The translations under genes and the position numbers were made by a program. The notes beneath the pieces were generated by a model. It was not told the origin of the DNA, did not search any database, and saw only the letters and a program-made list of their open reading frames with translations. Positions 1 through 12,394 of a stretch of 64,000 bases of DNA are shown here, piece by piece; the first letter of the stretch is position 1; each line of letters starts with the position of its first letter. Source of the stretch: Octopus bimaculoides (Eukaryota); the NCBI RefSeq assembly GCF_001194135.2, contig NC_068997.1, positions 14,173,825-14,237,824 on the forward strand, in the 5' to 3' direction.

Positions 1-539
1 TCTATTCTATTAAAAATTATGCACGAATTGACAGCATACTAAGTGCAAATAGATAATTCGACTACACTTTCAATTATTTAGTTTTAATGCTAGTCTAAAA
101 AGAAGTATGCAAATATAAATTTGCCATTGTTTAAAATTCAGGAAAAAGAAAAACAAAACACCAAACGACATATTTTGCGGATTGCTTTTAACAAAATGCA
201 ATTCCTAGATTTCGATGGGGAAAGTAAACTTAACTGAATTGTCCCCTGTCTTTGGAGTGGTTCTTCATTTATTGACTCCAGCAAAATGAAGGCCTTTCTG
301 AAAGAATGAAAGACTAAATACTGAAAAGATTTTAATTCATGGTTCCGCCATTTTCTGCTTCCTGACTGCACTGAGAAATGAAAAGCAATTAATGATAATA
401 GTTTTTTTTTTTGCCATTGTGAGGCACATTGCGAGTAAATGTATAATGGTGCTGTACTGCCAATTGATGCAACTAATTCCAGTAAATGTTTTTTGCAGAA
501 ATTTCTTTGAGAAGTCAAAATGTAATCTTTTATCTGTGT

Positions 540-1025
540 TCTTTTGTTAGTTTCAGACATTGGACTGGGGTCACGCTTGGACTCTGCCTTGAAGAGTTTA
601 GTTGAACAAACTGACCCTGTGGCCATGCTTGGACTCAACTTTGAAGGGCTTAGGTGAACAAAGTGACCCCTATACTCAGCTTATTTATTTAAGATTGGTG
701 TTTATTCTATTTGTCTCTTTTGTTAAACCTCTAAGATAAATGGATGTGAAAATACCCCGCTAAAAAGAAACACTGGTTGTCAAGTGGTGGTGGAGATAAA
801 AACAAACATAAAGACACACACACACACACACACACAGATGCATGCGTGCATACATACAAACTGGGCTTCCACACATTTTCCATCAACCAAATTTACTCAC
901 AAAGCATTGATTGTCCCAGGGTTTTAGTAGAAGACACTTAGTTGCCCCAAGTGCTACACAATGGGACTGAACTCAAAACCAATTGGTTGCCAAACAAACA
1001 TTTTAACCACACACCCATGTCTATG
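540..1025 (-). mobile_element. Old copy of bipartite tRNA-derived SINE (family A), with an internal tandem duplication of about 52 bp in its tail
   Basis: Head remnant at 862-1025, internal (CA)n, and tail module GGGGTCA.TTTGTTCA.CTAA...CCAAGCATGGCCACAG present twice (540-680). Confidence 0.75.
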
Positions 1026-1129
1026 CCTAAAATGGAGAGAATTTCAAACTTGTCAACTAATTCGAATTTAGTATGGTCCGTTATCCTTTCTGTCACACAA
1101 TCATCTTCAAACTAATAATAATTACTACT

Positions 1130-1290
1130 AATTTAGGCATTGGAATGAAAACTTTGAGGGGATGGGCATTTAAATAGTTGTATTAATCCACAGTACTTGA
1201 CCTATACTTTATTTTATTGAATTTGAAAAGATGAAAGGCAAAGTTCACTTCAGTGGAATTTGAACACAGATGCAAAGAACCAGAAGAACA
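1130..1290 (-). mobile_element. Degenerate MetaSINE-like element (family B)
   Basis: Contains AAGATGAAAGGCAAAGT..C...G.GGAATTTGAAC, the reverse complement of the family B core and B box. Confidence 0.65.
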
Positions 1291-1334
1291 AGCACATATA
1301 ATTTTGTTTGATGTTCTAAGAATTCTACAAAACC

Positions 1335-1620
1335 ACTGCCTCTATGATGATTTGAAATGGGAAATGCACAGATTGTGGGCAATGAAGAGAGTGGACATGA
1401 TACCAGTAGTAACTGGCGTGCTTGGAAATACCAGCACTCAACTACCAACATTGCTCAAAAAGATTGATACAGATGTAAAGGTAGAACACCAACAAAAATC
1501 ATCATTGCTTGGAACTGCAAGAGTTCTCCACAGGGGTTTTGAAGCATGTTCAGTAAACAAGTGTCTTCTGACTGTGGACAGCTGACACTTTCCATCATAC
1601 CCAACAAAATAAGATGAGAG
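1335..1620 (+). mobile_element. 3' fragment of an R4/Dong-clade non-LTR retrotransposon (C-terminus of the restriction-like endonuclease plus 3' UTR)
   Basis: Translation YDDLKWEMHRLWAMKRVDMIPVVTGVLG...EHQQKSSLLGTARVLHRGF matches the R4-type Y.DL..E..RLW...V.P.V.GALG...QK..LLGTARI signature. The 3' UTR shares ACAGCTGACACT with the 11.7-kb copy. Confidence 0.85.
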
Positions 1621-1694
1621 TTTTCATCAAATAATAAAACAATAACCCTTTCTCCTATAGGATTAACGTTTAAAATTTTAATGGGAGGTGGGGA

Positions 1695-2052
1695 GGGGGG
1701 CTATTAGATTACAGCAGCCCAAGTGCTTAACTGGTATGTATTTTATTGACACTGTGAAGATGAAAGGCAAAATTGACCTTCGCAGAATTTGAACTTGGAG
1801 AGATTGAAGTGCTGCTGAGTATTTTGCCTGGCATACTAATAATTCTCTCAGCTTACTACCTTATATATAATAATAATAATAATCATAATAATAATAATAA
1901 TAATGATGATAATAATAATAATAATCCTTCCTATTATAAGCACAAGGCCTGAAATATGGGTGAGGGGTTGTCTATTACATTGTCTCCAGTACTCAACAGG
2001 CACTTAATTTATTGAACCCGAAAGAATGATAGGCAAAGTCGACCTCATTGAA
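1695..2052 (-). mobile_element. Two tandem MetaSINE-like copies (1695-1863 and 5'-truncated 1922-2052) separated by a (TAA)n tract
   Basis: Both carry the core TTTATTGA.CC.GAAAG.ATGA.AGGCAAA.T.GACCT. (TAA)n lies at about 1868-1924. Confidence 0.8.
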
Positions 2053-3619
2053 TAACAAGTAATATTTTACAAGGGAATAAACACTATATGATGACCTCCA
2101 TAAAAAAGAATGTACATCACTAATTGAAAAGAAAACTGTGAAAACTTATGAAAATCTTGAAGGTTAATTCTAATACAAGTATAATTCTTGTGAAGTTTAT
2201 TGACTCTTTTTTATCGCCTCTAATTAATATATTACATGTATTCATAGTGGTCTGATACCACATAAAAATCTGACATCATGTTTAGATAAACTAATGGAGT
2301 GCAGTTCTTCTCAACACCAATTCCTTCCCTTCACACACAAAAAAATAAATAAAATAACAAACAATACAAATAGGAATAAAACCTTATCATTTAGCCCAAG
2401 GTTAATAGGGGAATGAGTACTTTGAATTAAATGCATAAAAAATGAAAATTCGAGCATGCAAAACTTGGCATTGCCAGAAACAAATATAATGGTGCACAAT
2501 ATAAAGGATGATTATCTAAATAAAAGGAAGAACCTTATTCCTCGTGTCACATGAATAAAAGAGAAATGGTATCAATAGATATGAATGGAACATGTTTCTA
2601 TTCAATGTGATTATTTTGTATTTGTATCCCACCCTGAAAGTGAAACTATGACAAAATGCTTCTAGAAAATTTTCCTAGAAAAATTTCGAAGATCAAACTA
2701 CAATGTTGGATTCCAAAAGATCAACTCACTAGAGAGTATAGACCCTCAAAGTCAAAGAATATCAAAAGTCAAACCAGAACGTTTAAAAGAAATAAATAAG
2801 CTATTAAAACATGAGTAAAATAACACAAAACAATAAAAAATTGAAGTATTAAGAACAGAAATCGCAATGGCAGATCTGTTGTGCAAAACAAAAAAGATAA
2901 TACGTAATAAAACATTACAATAAAAGGTAGATGGTCATCTAAGGTCAATCCCTCACCCACTCACTCATTCACTCACTCAATCAATCAAAGGACCCCACAA
3001 ATCCAAAGATTACTGACTGTTAAGGGTAAGTGTCCTTCTAAGCCAGCTGTGTTCTTTGGCACACACAGAGGACAAGCTCTTTCTTAAGGGACATACTTGT
3101 CCTCACTCAGCCTCTCGAGTGGAACTTGAACTTGAAGCAGCTTTGATCAAAGAGCCAATATTTGTGCTCCATTATTTCACTCTTGTTTACCATGCATTCC
3201 TTTCAACCACCAGAAAAGAAAATGTCTGCCTTTCACTGTAATATTAATAAACACTCATACAGCCAGGAAATTAGAGTACCAGGTTTAGATGACACGTTTG
3301 ACTTCCAGTATTTTCTATTCTTTTCTATCATATAATGACCCAGATGAATATATATATATAAAAAAAAGAAGTCAATTCTAACACATTTTGAACTCAGTAT
3401 GTAAAACTATGTTTGAAATTAAAACCTTTTGATGCCAACCCATATAAGATGGGTTCTATGAATCAAAGCTACTAATTCTGAAATGTTTATAGTCAAATAA
3501 TAGCTTCCTTCCAAAAAAAATTTATGTGACAGTCTCTTTAAGTTATGACCTAAAGACTAGTTTAATAAGGACAAAGCTATTTGACTAAATCTTTCCTAAA
3601 TTCTAGATTATATTTAATA

Positions 3620-4300
3620 TAATGTTTCAATGTAAGCAGTGTTTCATCTGAAATTTATCAAGAAGGGTTAATTACGTATCAAAGAATTTTATTGATGTGA
3701 CTGACTCTCAAGATAATGGGACTGTAATTACAAAATAATAAACATTTGATTTTAATATTTGAGCATATGAAGCAAATTAGATAGTTGCAGATCACTTGGA
3801 GAGTATTATTTATGACTTATGGTGTAGTAGGAGAAATATTTGTCACCATATCTACAGTTTGAAAATAATGTTATGTCCAACTTACATGTTAATAAGTCCA
3901 TAATATGAAGAAATTTAGGAATAATGCCATGGAGACATATATATATATGTTATTAATGGAATTTTTAATGATATTTTCTGATCAATACTGAACTAGTGAA
4001 GTTTTGCAAAGTGACCTTTGTAATTTTAGCAACTGAATATATTCAATATACAACTGGCTGAAGCATTCTTAACATGTAATTCATTGATGTTTTGGCTACT
4101 GATGCTAGCTAACAAGCAAAGAATTAAACATATCTATTCTGCAGTTTAATCAAATAATAAATAAAGATTTCAGAATAAGGCAGAGACAGGATTCTATGAA
4201 TGCTTGTAATTTTTCGAAGAGTTTGTAACTGCAATACACATTAATGTAATCATTGAGATTCAGTGTGAAACTATATGGATGTCCAGATATTTTATTATAT
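3620..4300 (+). pseudogene. Possible heavily decayed hAT-type transposase remnant
   Basis: Fragmentary peptides across frameshifts and stops (FIDVTDS..G, FDFNI.AYEAN, CHHIYSLKIML, ETGFYECL.FFEEFVTAI) loosely follow the hAT motif order. Weak evidence. Confidence 0.2.
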
Positions 4301-5576
4301 TTACAAAACGTATGATGTGTACCAGAGTTAGTATAAGTACGATGTTAACTTAATAAGTGTTTGTAGCATCTTCAGAGATTATATAATGATTTCTTACTAT
4401 TAGTGTTGGTAGAGAATACAAGGGATGTATGCAATCTTTACTGTAATGAAGGGAGAGAAGTAATGGTGGCAGAATAACTTTTAATGCAAAGAAGCTTTGG
4501 AATAGGGACGTAGACACAGTGAATGGTGAGAATTAATGAACAACATGAAATGGTTAATGGTGTCTCAAGACCCTGGAGGATACAAAGAGTAGGTTTGAAG
4601 GAATAAAACAAACAAACAAAATAAAATTAGTCCTTTGAGGTGGCACAAAAAAAAAGAGGAGAAAAATATAGACTGAAACTTTGTGTCAGTAAATAAGATT
4701 GTGACATATAATTAACAGGTAAAAAAAGAAGATGATAAATTAGTGTCATACCATGGAAATTGTGGCTGTTTATATCAGAGTAAGTGATATAAAGATACAC
4801 TTCTAATTGCCATTTGGTTCTTATAACCTTACACTGTCAATTAAGATAAGAGGATTTAATCTGAATCAATAGCGATTTTAGAATGAGGCTGGCAAATATC
4901 AGGTCAGGTTTAGTTTGAAGCTGGCAACATGCACAGGGGACTTTAACTGGAAGCTGGCAGCTATCATAAGGAGCTTTTCCATGAAATTTCCAACTAACAT
5001 AATGGTTTCAAGAAATGAGAAGGACAAATACCATGAATTCTTTACTTTAATTTTCTTATCTTTTTAAATACAAAAGTTTAAACCTTAACCTAACAACTTC
5101 TTTGAGGACAAAATACAGAGAAAAATACAACAAAACAACTGCTTTAATGTTGACATTTATTCATATCATTGATAAATCTAACGGATTAAAGTGAAATTCA
5201 CTCTTCTTATTGGAAAATTCCTTTGAAATACTTAACAGAAGAAATCTGAAATCTCTACATTTTCAAAGTTTTATAATCATCTTATTGATTAGTATTGTTA
5301 ATCAATATTAAATCTATACTAAATGATACTTTAAGCACTACTAATATCATTCTGTGAAAACATGTGAGTGTTTAAATATATCAAAAATGCATATAGAAGA
5401 CTATGTCTGAATCTATGTGAATGCATGAATCAATGAGTATGCATATATATTCATTCATTCCTACACATATATTTATACACATACACTCACATACACACAC
5501 ATACACACATGCACAATTACATATGTGGGTGCATGAGTGTGTGTGAATATCAATAATAAAATCTAAGAATATATAA

Positions 5577-5619
<43 letters not shown>

Positions 5620-6747
5620 TTGTGTACTTGTATTTGTGTATGCACATGTACATGTGAGTGCGTATGTGTGTGCGAATTAACACTCGTGCAATATCTGTAT
5701 GTGACGGTGCATGGGGTCCATCAAGCAGAATATGCGTAACAGAATTTATGAAGAATCCGATATTACAGATATTGACGAAGAAATTTTTTTTTTTTTTTCC
5801 AAATGTTTTAATTAATTCATTAATGTACTTATTATATTCAGATAGTTTTATTTTCATCAAAATGGATAAAGTTGCTTAATTTCGCTTTGTCTTCTCTTCT
5901 ACCAATTTCTCTTCCATTTTTTATTTTTGTTTTTGTTTCATGCTGCTGCATGGAGCTTTATAATAGTGGCAGTTGTTGTTGTTGTTGTTTCATTTGCTTT
6001 TGTTGTTGTATAACCTGTTTCCTAACCACATCAATGGACCTTGTTGGTGTTGTAGTTGTTTCACCAATCCTATTTTTGTTCTTTCACTTTCATTTGTTGT
6101 TGCTGTTGTTGTTGTTACATGCTCCTCACTACAACACTGGATCTTACTGCAATCATTGTAGTTAGTCTTGCTGTTGTTATTCTGGCTGCCTTTGTCAGGT
6201 GTTTTCATCTGTTTTTGTTGTTGTTGCTTGTTTCCTAACAGTGTCCCTGTTTGTTGTTATTATTGCTACTGCTGCTGTTTCCTTGTTGTTGTAATTTGTT
6301 TCATCATTGCATTACTATTGTTTTTATTATTGTTGTTGTTGTTGTTGCTGCTGCTGCTGGTGCTGCTACTTCCTTCTTGCTTTTATTAGTGCTGCTGCTG
6401 CTGTGGACGTTTCTTTTATTTTACAAAATGAAAAATCATAATTTAGCGACAATGGCATTAATGAGCTTCTTTGTCGCTCATTATTGCTATTAACACTGGC
6501 TATTATATCTCAGACAGAACGAAATAGCTGGCAATAGAGCCAACAGTGAATCTGAAACTACCATATTCCATAAGTATTGTCTATTATTCAAGAAATTGCT
6601 TGATGCCAAACTTTCCAAAATATGGCAAAAATGAGAAAACCTTATTTCAATTAAAACAAGAGTTCAATTACAATAAAACAAAAAATAAAAATAAAAAAAC
6701 TATAATGATATGCAATAAAATATGGAGAAAATATAAACAATAAGACA

Positions 6748-6865
6748 GCTATGGCCTGGGTACTTAGGATCCTTAAGTGAGTGATCAGCCAGTATTAACT
6801 AACCTTAATGTTGCTTAACTTGGATTACCTGACAAGAATCAGTGGTTTTAATGTGATGTCTTAGC
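6748..6865 (-). pseudogene. Degenerate 5S rRNA-derived sequence, copy 1
   Basis: The minus strand reads CATCACATTAAAACCACTGATTCTTGTC...AAGTTAAGCAAC...TTAATACT. Recalled metazoan 5S reads ATCACGTTGAAAACACCGGTTCTCGTC...AAGTTAAGCAAC...TTAGTACTTGGATGG. Many differences are CpG-type transitions. Confidence 0.8.
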
Positions 6866-6874
6866 ATTCACTTG

Positions 6875-7228
6875 CTTCAGTCCTTGGATTGGGGTCATAA
6901 TAGGGCACTGCCTTTAAGGGCTTTGTTGAACAAATTTACTGCAGCCCTTTTTTTTTTTTAATCTGGCACTAATTCTTTCAGTCTCTTTTGGCAAACAAAC
7001 ACTAGCTGTCAACTGATAGTGGTTACAAAAACATAAAGACACACATACACACACACACACATGCACACACATATATATATGTACAATAGGTTTAAACACA
7101 GTGTCTTTGTACAAAATTCACTTGTTAGACATTGGTCAACCTGAGGCTAAAGTGGAAGAAACTGACCTAAGATAACCATGCAGTGGAATGGAACATGAAA
7201 CCATGTGGTGAGCAAGTGAGCTACTGTA
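6875..7228 (-). mobile_element. Old full-length family A SINE lying between the two 5S-like copies
   Basis: Head remnant (CCATGCAGTGGAATGGAACATGAAACCATGTGGT), internal (CA)n/(TA)n, tail remnant (GGGCACTGCCTTTAAGGG, TCTCTTTTGGCAAAC). Confidence 0.7.
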
Positions 7229-7230
7229 CC

Positions 7231-7346
7231 CAAAACAACAGTACTTAGCATCCACAAGTGAGTGACCATCCGGTACTAGCTAACCCTGATGTTGCTTGAC
7301 TTGGATTACCCAACAAGAATCAGTGTTTTTAATGTGATGTCCTTAA
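7231..7346 (-). pseudogene. Degenerate 5S rRNA-derived sequence, copy 2
   Basis: The minus strand reads GGACATCACATTAAAAACACTGATTCTTGT...AAGTCAAGCAAC...TAGTACCGGATGG...GTACTGTTGTTTT, with A-box-like, C-box-like and terminal T-run elements. It is 87/101 identical to copy 1 without gaps (6760-6860 vs 7241-7341). Confidence 0.82.
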
Positions 7347-7622
7347 CCCTTTCGATACCAATCCTGCTAAAACCAGCTCAGGCTCTGTAGTACAAATGTC
7401 TTGTTTCCATAAGTTTTGAATTAAAATCTTCTACCGAACCTTAGTCACAATTTATGTTCCTAATGATAACTAAGTTATTTTACAAAATTCTTTGCTATAT
7501 TTAAGCCTTTCGATACCAACTTGGCTGAAACCACCTCTGGCTTTGTAATACAAATGTCTTGTTTTCATAAGTTTTGAATTAAAATCTTCCACCAAACCTT
7601 AGTCACAATTTGTGTTCCTAGC
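7343..7622 (+). mobile_element. Tandemly duplicated piggyBac-like terminus (158-bp period), non-autonomous
   Basis: TTAACCCTTTCGATACC at 7343 and TTAAGCCTTTCGATACC at 7501, each followed by a near-identical block of about 120 bp. TTAA+CCCTT is the piggyBac target-site/terminus signature. Confidence 0.6.
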
Positions 7623-7873
7623 ACCTGCTGTAAAACAATACCTCAGTAGCATGTCTAATCGGCAATAAAATGTAAAACTGGACACAAAAATAACAATTTT
7701 CTGCATAACAATCTGTAATTGCATAACAGAATGCTAGTGCTTTCTTTAGTTGGACTATGTATCTATAGCATATTATGTGCATATATATCTGTATATATAT
7801 GTGCATATATATACGTATGTATGTACATATATGTGTGTGTGTATATATATATATATGTATATATGTGTGTGTG

Positions 7874-7953
<80 letters not shown>

Positions 7954-8297
7954 TATGGATAGATAGATACATGAATTGATATATCAGTAGGTACACAGGT
8001 AGAAGGACACACACACATATACACACACATGCACACACACACATAAACACACACTAGATAGAAAGAGATAGATAGATAGGTAGACAGGTGCCTGTGTAGG
8101 TATAGATATTTGTGTGGGTGCATAATGTTTGCCAAAATTACCTGTGTAGCAGTGTTATGCATTCTAAATATTTGTTTTTCTGGGAATCAAATTGGATACA
8201 ATTTTCTCCATGTGCACGCATGTGTGTGTGTGTGTGTACGTGTGTGTGTGAGTGAGTGGACTGGAGCACAAAGAAACATTATTCATTTTACCCAGGT

Positions 8298-8338
<41 letters not shown>

Positions 8339-8916
8339 CAGAGTGCTTGATAGAAAGAATGAAAGAGTGAGGGACAGAGAAGGAGAGAGTGTGTGCTTGT
8401 GTGTGTGTGTGTATTGTGGGGTGGGGTGGGGAGATGACTAAAAGAATGAGAAAAGCCATTACATAAGAACTGTCACAGTAAATTGTTAGCAATAAAAAAA
8501 AAGGAAAAGAATAACAAAATTGCTATACATTTGGTGGGCTCTTGACAGCTCTATACTTTTCTGGAGTTTAAACATAGCCCTAGGTTACTTTTAGGCAACA
8601 ACAGAATCAAAGGCTACATCATCCTCCTCCTCCACATCATCATCATCATCATCGTCATCATCGTTGTTGTTGTTGTTGTTGTCTTTGTCAATAAACACAA
8701 GAGAAAAAAATAATACAAACAGCATTGCAAAAAAAGAAAAAAAATATAGTAACAGTAAAATAGTGGCAACAGTGACTGTTTATAACTGGCAAAGACAATG
8801 CTGGACAAAGTTGTATTTATGGAAGGTAAAATGGGAAAGAAACAGAGGAGAGGAGAAAAAAAAACACATTAAACTGATAATCTGTATGCATGTGAGTGTA
8901 TCTATATATATGTGTG

Positions 8917-8963
<47 letters not shown>

Positions 8964-8984
8964 ATATGTATATATATATATATA

Positions 8985-9150
8985 GGCGTAGGAATGGCTG
9001 TGTGGTAAGTAGTTTGCTAACGAACCACATGGTTCTGGGTTCAGTCCCACTGTGTGGCACTTTGGGCAAGTGTCTTCTACTATAGCCTCGGGCTGACCAA
9101 AGCCTTGTGAGTGGATTTGGTAGACGGAAACTGAAAGAAGCCTATCGTAT
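8985..9150 (+). mobile_element. Family A SINE head (tRNA-like A/B boxes) followed by (TA)/(TG)n
   Basis: GGCGTAGGAATGGCTGTGTGGTAAGT...GGTTCAGTCCCACTG...TTGGGCAAGTGTCTTCTACTATAGCC...GGAAACTGAAAGAAGCC. Confidence 0.9.
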
Positions 9151-9296
9151 ATACGTATGTGTATATATATGTGTGTGTGTATGTGTGTGCGAACCAACTA
9201 ATTGTCACATATTATATTTATAGATAAATTCCTCTATTTTACCTAATATCAAGGTCTCATTCATTCTTTTGGTGTCATATTATTATTATTAATAAT

Positions 9297-9341
<45 letters not shown>

Positions 9342-9906
9342 AGTAAAAATAAATACAAAAAAAGGGGTTTTGTATGATTGTGTATAGAGGAATATATTAT
9401 TTTGTTTAAAAGAGTTCCAACACTCTGTTTTTTATGTTTTATTTATATTCCTGCAAAACCAATGTGGGATATAGAATATGGAATATACAATATATAATAT
9501 AATATACAATATATAATATAAAATAAAAATGGATGGTACTATGAAATAAAGTATTGAATGTCTTATTGAATATATGGAATATGTCTTATTGAATAGATGA
9601 AATATTGAGTGTTCAATATAAAGGATTAAATATATAAAGGCTATTTCATCATGGCCGGTATGACAGACTTTAACAGACTGACACACATGAAGTAATAAAT
9701 AGAGGTCAGAGTATACAAATTATTCTTAAAAACGTGTTAATAAGTATACCTTACATTGCTTACATGATACTGCCCTCAATCTGTTCATTCCTATTCCCAT
9801 TGCTTGCACTGTTATGCAAATTGGACAAATCAGTTAAGTAGTCTGTTTTCTCTCTGCAGACCAGAATGAGTGACCACTTTTTGTTGGGATGTTATTGAAG
9901 ACGTAG

Positions 9907-9950
9907 AAGATATTCAGATGAAGATATTCAGATGAAGATATTCAGATGAA
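9907..9950. repeat. 14-bp unit x3 (GAAGATATTCAGAT)
   Basis: Three perfect tandem copies are directly visible. Confidence 0.9.
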
Positions 9951-10196
9951 TATATCTCGGATTTGCATTGTTTTATTTTCAGTCTTTATACACATGTGTG
10001 CATAAGCATACCTACATACATACGTACGTATATATATATATATATATATATATACAGGAATGTATGTATACATGTCTACACACACACATATACACATATA
10101 GGTAAATGTAGATATAAACATATAGATCTATCTACACACATACACACACAAACATACACACACAAACATACACTCATATGTGTGTCTATACGTATG

Positions 10197-10234
<38 letters not shown>

Positions 10235-10679
10235 TACATACATTCATATATGAGCGTGCGTGTGTGTAATATATGCCCAAGGTCAAATTCACTTCAACAC
10301 ATACAAACCATTATATGAATCTATGCAGAAAAGAAACTAACACTGCACATATGTAAAAACCAAACAAAGAACCATACAGAGAGTGTAAATCTGATTAAAC
10401 AAAATCCTACTTGGTGTCTATGCAACAAAAATAAAAGTTTCTTTCTGTGTGCATAAATGTGTGTGGTTGTGTGAGTGTGCTTATGTATATTTGCATATTT
10501 CTGTATGTTCCTATTTACTTAAAAAAAGCAAAAACAAGGTTTATTTATAAACCCACCTCACCCCACCTCATCCATCTCATCCATCTCTAAACAAAAGCTC
10601 ATTAGATTTTAAAATTTCTTTATAAAGCATGATGGAATCATTTTGGCAGAATCGGTAAAAAAGGTAGTGGGGCGGTGCT

Positions 10680-10860
10680 CCAAAAGGGGTCTCAGGGAGT
10701 AGCGTCCCTGCCTTCCTGTGCTAGTTTTCCACCACATTTCTTAAAAATCGTGATTGGGCCTTGGTCTCGAGACCACTCATGTCTAAAAACTGAGGTTGGG
10801 GGATAAGCAAGGGCATGATGCCCGTAGAAAATCCAGCTCCAAAACGTCTTCATGATAGCA
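10680..10860. repeat. Dispersed repeat (family E); second copy at about 37985-38155 in the same orientation
   Basis: Shared block AAGGGGTCTCA.GGAGTAG.GTCCCT.CCTTCCTGTGCTAGTTTTCCAC.ACATTTCTTAAA...GACCACTCATGTCTA.AAACTGAGGTT...GTAGAAAATCCAGCT.CAAAA. Confidence 0.85.
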
Positions 10861-11217
10861 AAGGAGAATGGACACCAGCCAGCCCAAAGGTTCGGGTGGG
10901 CTGCAAAGGAATAAATGATTATCTTATGAACTTCATTAGCTTACAGCCGTTTCTGCTATAAGATGCAGTGGACTCACTGTTGAGTGTCTGAATAGCACTT
11001 TATAGCTTCAGCAGAGCCTCAAATATGAAGTGCAAGGTGTTTGGGAAAGAATTGCATTTGTGCCTATATAGAGAATGGCAAATGATCACACCCATTTACT
11101 TGATATACATCCACTCACGAACCATTTCAGTCATTTCTTGTATTTCATTTTTTTCATCTTTGTACAGTCTTCAACATCTTTTTATTGGGCACCATGATCG
11201 ATAAAATATGTCAGAAA

Positions 11218-11640
11218 TAAGGCAAAACCATTAGCATGCCAGACAAAATGTTTAGCAGCATTTAGTCCGTCTTTAACTTCTCAGTTCAAATTCAGTTGAG
11301 GTTGATTTTACCTTTCCTCGTTTGAGGGTCGATAAAATAAATCCAATTTGAGCACTGGAGCCCCTCACCCGGAATTGCAGGCCTTGTGCGAAAATTTGAA
11401 ACCATTATTATTATTATCAAAGCAATGGGGTTGCCAGAATCATTAGCACATTGGGAAAGATCTTTTGTGGCATTTTGTGTCTTTACATTCTGGGTTCACA
11501 TTCCACCAAGGTTGACTTTGCTTTTCATCCTTTTGGGGTTGATAAAATAAGTACCAGCTGAACACTGGGGTTGATATAATCGACTGGATCCCTCCCCAGA
11601 AATTTCAAGCCTTGTGCCTTCAGTAGAAAGAATTATTATT
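11218..11640 (+). mobile_element. Two tandem MetaSINE-like copies (11218-11418 and 11419-11640) with (TTA)n tails
   Basis: B-box-like GTTCAAATTC/GGTTCACATTCC, core GGTTGACTTTGCTTTTCATCCTTTTGGGGTTGATAAAATAAGTACCAG, and 3' GCCTTGTGCC...ATTATTATT. Confidence 0.85.
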
Positions 11641-11667
11641 ATCATCATTATTGTTATTATTATTATC

Positions 11668-12328
11668 ATTGCCTTTGCACAGCTTCTAACGCTGGAGATG
11701 TATGACAGTGTCAGCTGTTCATTTCCAGTGAACTAAGGTAACACCTCTTATTTTTTGAGCACCTTCTGGAGTATTCGAGCAGTTCCAAGCAGTGCTGTTT
11801 TCTGCAAGTGCTCCACCCTTATTGCAGCCCCTATTTGTTCCACGTACTCCTCAAGATTTTTACTCACTGTTCCCAAGGCTCCGACAATTGTTGGTACTAC
11901 TACTACCTTTTTCATCGACCACAACTGCTTAACTTCCCAAGGTAACCTATCATATCTCTCGACTTTTTTCTTCCTTATCGCATACCTTGTTGTCAGCTGG
12001 GCATGCTATATCTATGGTCAAGCATAGTTTGTTTTCTTTTTCAATTAAGACTATGTCCGGCTTCCTATTCTCTATCTCATGATTGCACTGAATCATAAAA
12101 TCCCATAGGATCTTTGCATTTCTATTTTCAATGATGCCTTCAGGTTTGTGGTCGCACCAATTTTTTCCTCCATCAAGTCCATGCTTGTTGCAAGGTGTCC
12201 AATGGACAAGCCTGGCTATATTGTCATAGTAATTCTTTTATTCCTTCTGGGCTAGTGGCGTACATTGGCTGGTAATATGCCATACGGTTTCACCATTTTG
12301 CCCACAGATTCAGCACTTATCACTTTCT
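11668..12328 (-). mobile_element. 5'-truncated R4/Dong-clade LINE: CCHC knuckle + PD-D restriction-like endonuclease + 3' UTR, inserted in (TAA)n
   Basis: The minus strand gives ESDKC*ICGQNGETVWHITSQC...LVHW...KILWDFMIQCNHEIENRKPDIVLIEKENKLCLTIDIACP...VPTIVGALGTVSKNLEEYVEQIG...EHLQKTALLGTARILQKVLKK*. It carries stops and frameshifts. (ATT)n lies on both flanks. Confidence 0.93.
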
Positions 12329-12358
12329 ATTATTATTATTAATATTATAATAATAATA

Positions 12359-12394
<36 letters not shown>

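Noticed and set aside
138-638. 166-aa minus-strand ORF
   Set aside because: Its first third (540-638) is the duplicated tail of a family A SINE. The rest has no recognisable motif or convincing splice context.
1253-1334. N-terminal part of the 110-aa ORF as a gene start
   Set aside because: The ATG lies in a SINE remnant; only the downstream part is R4 LINE-like.
5860-6500. Cluster of Cys/Leu/Val-rich ORFs
   Set aside because: Degenerate (GTT)/(GCT)n low-complexity DNA; the opposite-strand poly-Q/N frames contain stops.
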